A stretch of 46,501 nt of DNA, taken from Rhodocyclales bacterium (GTDB lineage: Bacteria; Pseudomonadota; Gammaproteobacteria; Burkholderiales; Rhodocyclaceae). This document shows positions 43,767 to 46,501 of the stretch, one piece after another. Within the stretch, counting starts at the first letter, position 1; every line of letters begins with the position of its first letter. A program made the translations under genes and the position numbers. The stretch covers positions 1 through 46,501 of the forward strand of contig JACRPB010000126.1 in the NCBI GenBank assembly GCA_016214175.1, given 5' to 3'. Below the pieces are notes generated by a model, which had not been told where the DNA came from, did no database searches, and saw only the letters and a program-made list of their open reading frames with translations.

Positions 43767-44233
43767 AGTTGCTGGTCGTGGCGGTGGGCACCCGCATGCC
43801 GGACTGGGTGGATGCCGGTTTCGCCGAGTACGCCAAGCGTCTGCCGCGGGAAATGCCCCTGAGCCTGCTGGAGGTGAAACCCGAACCGCGCAATTCCGGC
43901 AAGCCGGTCGCGGCCATGATGGCGCTGGAGGCGGAGCGCCTGCGCGCGACGCTGCCGCCGCGCTGCCGGCGCGTCGTGCTCGACGAGCGCGGCAGCGACC
44001 TGACGACGCGCGGCCTGGCGGAACGCCTGGCGCAGTGGCAGGGCGACGGCGCCGACGTCGCCTTCATCATCGGCGGGCCGGACGGCCTCGACGCCTCGAT
44101 CAAGCAGGAGGCGCAGGAAAGCCTGCGGCTGTCGTCGCTGACCCTGCCGCACGGCCTGGCGCGCGTCGTGCTGGCCGAAACCCTTTACCGCGCCGCCAGT
44201 CTCATTAAGGGCCACCCTTACCATCGGGAATAG
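43763..44233 (+). CDS. rlmH: 23S rRNA (pseudouridine1915-N3)-methyltransferase RlmH
   Basis: The GTG start overlaps the rsfS stop (GTGA). The protein has '[27 protein letters not shown]', 'FIIGGPDGL' and '[22 protein letters not shown]'. Confidence 0.88.
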   Translation: MKLLVVAVGTRMPDWVDAGFAEYAKRLPREMPLSLLEVKPEPRNSGKPVAAMMALEAERLRATLPPRCRRVVLDERGSDLTTRGLAERLAQWQGDGADVAFIIGGPDGLDASIKQEAQESLRLSSLTLPHGLARVVLAETLYRAASLIKGHPYHRE

Positions 44234-44234
44234 A

Positions 44235-44855
44235 ATGAAGACGACAATGGAGTCCCGCATCTTTCTGGCCTCGAAAAGCCCGCGCCGCCGCGACCTGCTG
44301 CACCAGATCGACGTGCGCTTCGACCTGCTGCTGTTTCGCGCGCCGCCGCGGGAAGACCCGGCCACCGACGAAACGCCGCAGGCCGGCGAAGAACCCGAAG
44401 CCTACGCACGCCGCGTCGCCTGCGCCAAGGCCGAGCATGCGGCGCGCCTGGTCGCCATGCGCCGGCTGGTGCCGCGCCTGGTGCTGGCGGCGGATACGAC
44501 CGTAGACGTCGATGGCGACATTCTCGGCAAGCCGCAGGACGAGGCCGCAGCGACGGCCATGCTGCAGCGCCTCTCGGGGCGTAGCCACCGCGTCGTCACT
44601 GCCGTCGCCGTCGCCTCGGCCAATCGCCTCGAGTGCGTCGCCAGCAGCAGCGAAGTGCGCTTCCGTCCGCTCGAAGCGGAGGAGATCCGCCGTTACGTCG
44701 CCAGCCGCGAACCGCTCGACAAGGCTGGCGCCTACGGCATCCAGGGCCGCGCCGCCATTTTCGTCGAGGAGATCCGCGGTTCCCATTCGGGTATTGCCGG
44801 ATTGCCGTTGTGCGAAACGGCGACCTTGTTGAGGAAATTCGGTTATCCGATATGA
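44235..44855 (+). CDS. maf: Maf-family nucleoside-triphosphate pyrophosphatase
   Basis: The protein has 'IFLASKSPRRRDLL', 'VLAADTTVDVDGDILGKP' and 'DKAGAYGIQG'. The start could instead be the ATG at 44247. Confidence 0.88.
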   Translation: MKTTMESRIFLASKSPRRRDLLHQIDVRFDLLLFRAPPREDPATDETPQAGEEPEAYARRVACAKAEHAARLVAMRRLVPRLVLAADTTVDVDGDILGKPQDEAAATAMLQRLSGRSHRVVTAVAVASANRLECVASSSEVRFRPLEAEEIRRYVASREPLDKAGAYGIQGRAAIFVEEIRGSHSGIAGLPLCETATLLRKFGYPI

Positions 44856-46309
44856 GTGAAGAGTTCCTGATCAATTTCACGCCGCAAGAGACGCGTGTCG
44901 CCCTGCTGCAACAGGGGTCGGTCCAGGAACTCCACATCGAACGCACCAACAGCCGCGGCATCGTCGGCAACATCTACTACGGCCGCGTCGTGCGCGTGCT
45001 GCCGGGCATGCAGTCGGCGTTCATGGACGTCGGCCTCGAGCGCACGGCGTTTCTTCACGTTGCCGACATTTGGGAAGAGCGCCACGGCAACGAGGCGCCG
45101 CCGCGCCCGATCGAGAAGATCCTGGTCGAAGGGCAGAGCCTGATGGTGCAGGTGCTCAAGGATCCGATCGGCAGCAAGGGCGCCCGCCTGTCGACCCAGA
45201 TTTCCATCGCCGGGCGTCTGCTGGTGTACCTGCCGCAGGAAAGGCATATCGGCATCTCGCAACGCATCGAAAGCGAAGAGGAAAGGGAACGTCTGCGCTC
45301 CCATATCCAGGCGCTGCTGCCCGCCGACGAAACCGGCGGCTTCATCGTGCGCACCGTCGCCGCCACCGCTCGCGACGACGAACTGCAAGCCGACATCGCC
45401 TACCTGCGCCGCCTGTGGGCCGAGATTCGCCATCGCGCGCTCGGCGCCAAGCCGCCCGAGCTGCTGCACTGCGACCTGACCCTGGCCCAGCGCGTATTGC
45501 GCGACCTGGTGACGAGCGAAACCACGCGCATCGTCATCGACTCGCGCGAAAACTTCCAGAAGTTGTCGGCGTTCGCCCAGGAATACGTGCCGCAGGTCGC
45601 CGCTCTGCTCGACCACTACAACGGCGAGCGGCCGCTGTTCGATCTCCACGGCGTCGAGAACGAGATCCAGAAGGCGCTGGCGCGTCGCGCCGACCTCAAG
45701 TCGGGCGGCTATCTGATCATCGACCAGACCGAGGCGATGACCACCATCGACGTCAACACCGGCGGATTCGTCGGCTCGCGCAACTTCGACGACACCATAT
45801 TCAAGACCAACCTCGAAGCGGCGCTTACCATCTCGCGCCAACTGCGCCTGCGCAATCTCGGCGGCATCATCATCGTCGATTTCATCGACATGGAGTCGGA
45901 GGAGCACCGCGCCGCGGTGCTCGCCGAGTTCAACAAGGCGTTGGCGCGCGACCATACGCGCATTTCGGTGAACGGCTTCACCCAGCTCGGGCTGGTCGAA
46001 ATGACGCGCAAGCGCACGCGCGAGAGCCTCGCCCACGTGCTGTGCGAGTCCTGCCCGACCTGCGGCGGGCGCGGCGAGGTCAAGACCGCCCAGACCGTCT
46101 GCTACGAAATCCTGCGCGAACTGTTGCGCGAGGCGCGCCTCTTCAATGCCCGCGAATACCGCATTCTCGCCGGCTCGGCCGTCATCGACCTGTTTCTCGA
46201 AGAAGAGTCGCAAGCCCTGGCGATGCTCTCCGACTTCATCGCCAAGCCGGTATCGCTGCAAGCGGAGACCAGCTACACCCAGGAGCAGTACGACATCGTG
46301 CTGTTGTGA
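44852..46309 (+). CDS. rng: Ribonuclease G
   Basis: 485 aa. The S1 domain is 'GNIYYGRVVRVLPGMQSAFMDVGLERTAFLHV', followed by 'IIDQTEAMTTIDVNTG' and 'GGIIIVDFIDM'. The start forms an ATGA overlap with maf. Confidence 0.92.
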   Translation: MSEEFLINFTPQETRVALLQQGSVQELHIERTNSRGIVGNIYYGRVVRVLPGMQSAFMDVGLERTAFLHVADIWEERHGNEAPPRPIEKILVEGQSLMVQVLKDPIGSKGARLSTQISIAGRLLVYLPQERHIGISQRIESEEERERLRSHIQALLPADETGGFIVRTVAATARDDELQADIAYLRRLWAEIRHRALGAKPPELLHCDLTLAQRVLRDLVTSETTRIVIDSRENFQKLSAFAQEYVPQVAALLDHYNGERPLFDLHGVENEIQKALARRADLKSGGYLIIDQTEAMTTIDVNTGGFVGSRNFDDTIFKTNLEAALTISRQLRLRNLGGIIIVDFIDMESEEHRAAVLAEFNKALARDHTRISVNGFTQLGLVEMTRKRTRESLAHVLCESCPTCGGRGEVKTAQTVCYEILRELLREARLFNAREYRILAGSAVIDLFLEEESQALAMLSDFIAKPVSLQAETSYTQEQYDIVLL

Positions 46310-46343
46310 CGGGACGGTAGTCCCGCCCGGCGCGCGCGTTTTT
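46310..46343 (+). terminator. Possible rng terminator (non-canonical)
   Basis: The stem cgggac (46310..46315) pairs with gtcccg (46320..46325) around the loop ggta. A GC-rich stretch follows, then TTTTT at 46339..46343. The T-run is 13 nt from the stem, so this is weak. Confidence 0.3.
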
Positions 46344-46501
46344 CCGCCCGACCGCGGGCCGTCCGCGGGCGAACCCCGTCGTTTGCGATGCGACGGGTGC
46401 GTGACGAATTTGTGTGGTCAGGACCATCGAAACGGAACATGATCAGGGCAATCGCATTTACCGCAACGGAGCGAGGCCGAGCAATGAGGCGCGATAGTCG
46501 G

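Noticed and set aside
1-46501. Prophage, integrative element, defence system or CRISPR content
   Set aside because: I recognised no integrase, transposase, recombinase, phage structural, restriction, toxin-antitoxin or cas-like translation in any frame. The only defence-island-type gene, the DUF4143 ATPase, is a pseudogene.

Overview
High-GC chromosomal window that looks betaproteobacterial. This is judged from gene content and order (nadD-rsfS-rlmH-maf-rng, a BPSS1780-like membrane protein, cutA-dsbD), and no search was run. I recognised no rRNA, tRNA, CRISPR array, integrase or transposase. From left to right the window contains: (1) a decayed DUF4143-type AAA+ ATPase gene whose start codon lies inside a perfect 48-bp AT-rich palindrome. 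(2) cutA-dsbD on the minus strand. (3) A coiled-coil tail-anchored protein, a LysE-family exporter and a membrane PAS-PAS-GGDEF-EAL protein. (4) A cobalamin lower-ligand locus: cobU runs divergently, then a cobalamin riboswitch with its own terminator precedes cobT, a tandem receiver-domain protein, cobS and cobC. (5) A roughly 25-kb LPS-core/glycan cluster (11977..37937), whose first ~20 kb is a single same-strand gene run, with three GT9, several GT4 and one GT2 glycosyltransferases, msbA, an AsnB-like amidotransferase, a NodU-type carbamoyltransferase, four methyltransferases, a WbpM/CapD-type dehydratase and a hexapeptide acetyltransferase. (6) polA, then a LOG-family gene, a DUF2782 gene, a membrane protein, nadD, rsfS, rlmH, maf and rng. 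The most interesting item is a four-gene module at 27182..32092 inside the glycan cluster. It encodes a carrier-protein domain fused through one TM helix to an SGNH domain, an FAAL-type adenylating enzyme with a C-terminal TM helix, a small membrane protein and a DltB-sized MBOAT. This repeats the logic of the Gram-positive Dlt pathway in a different architecture and context. Other notable items are a perfect 26-bp inverted-repeat element that is translated in-frame as the polA inter-domain linker, a pseudo-receiver/receiver protein embedded in the riboswitch-controlled cob operon, and two paralogous GT4-like genes that bracket the modification module. All functional calls rest on motifs read by eye from the translations. 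No database search was possible.
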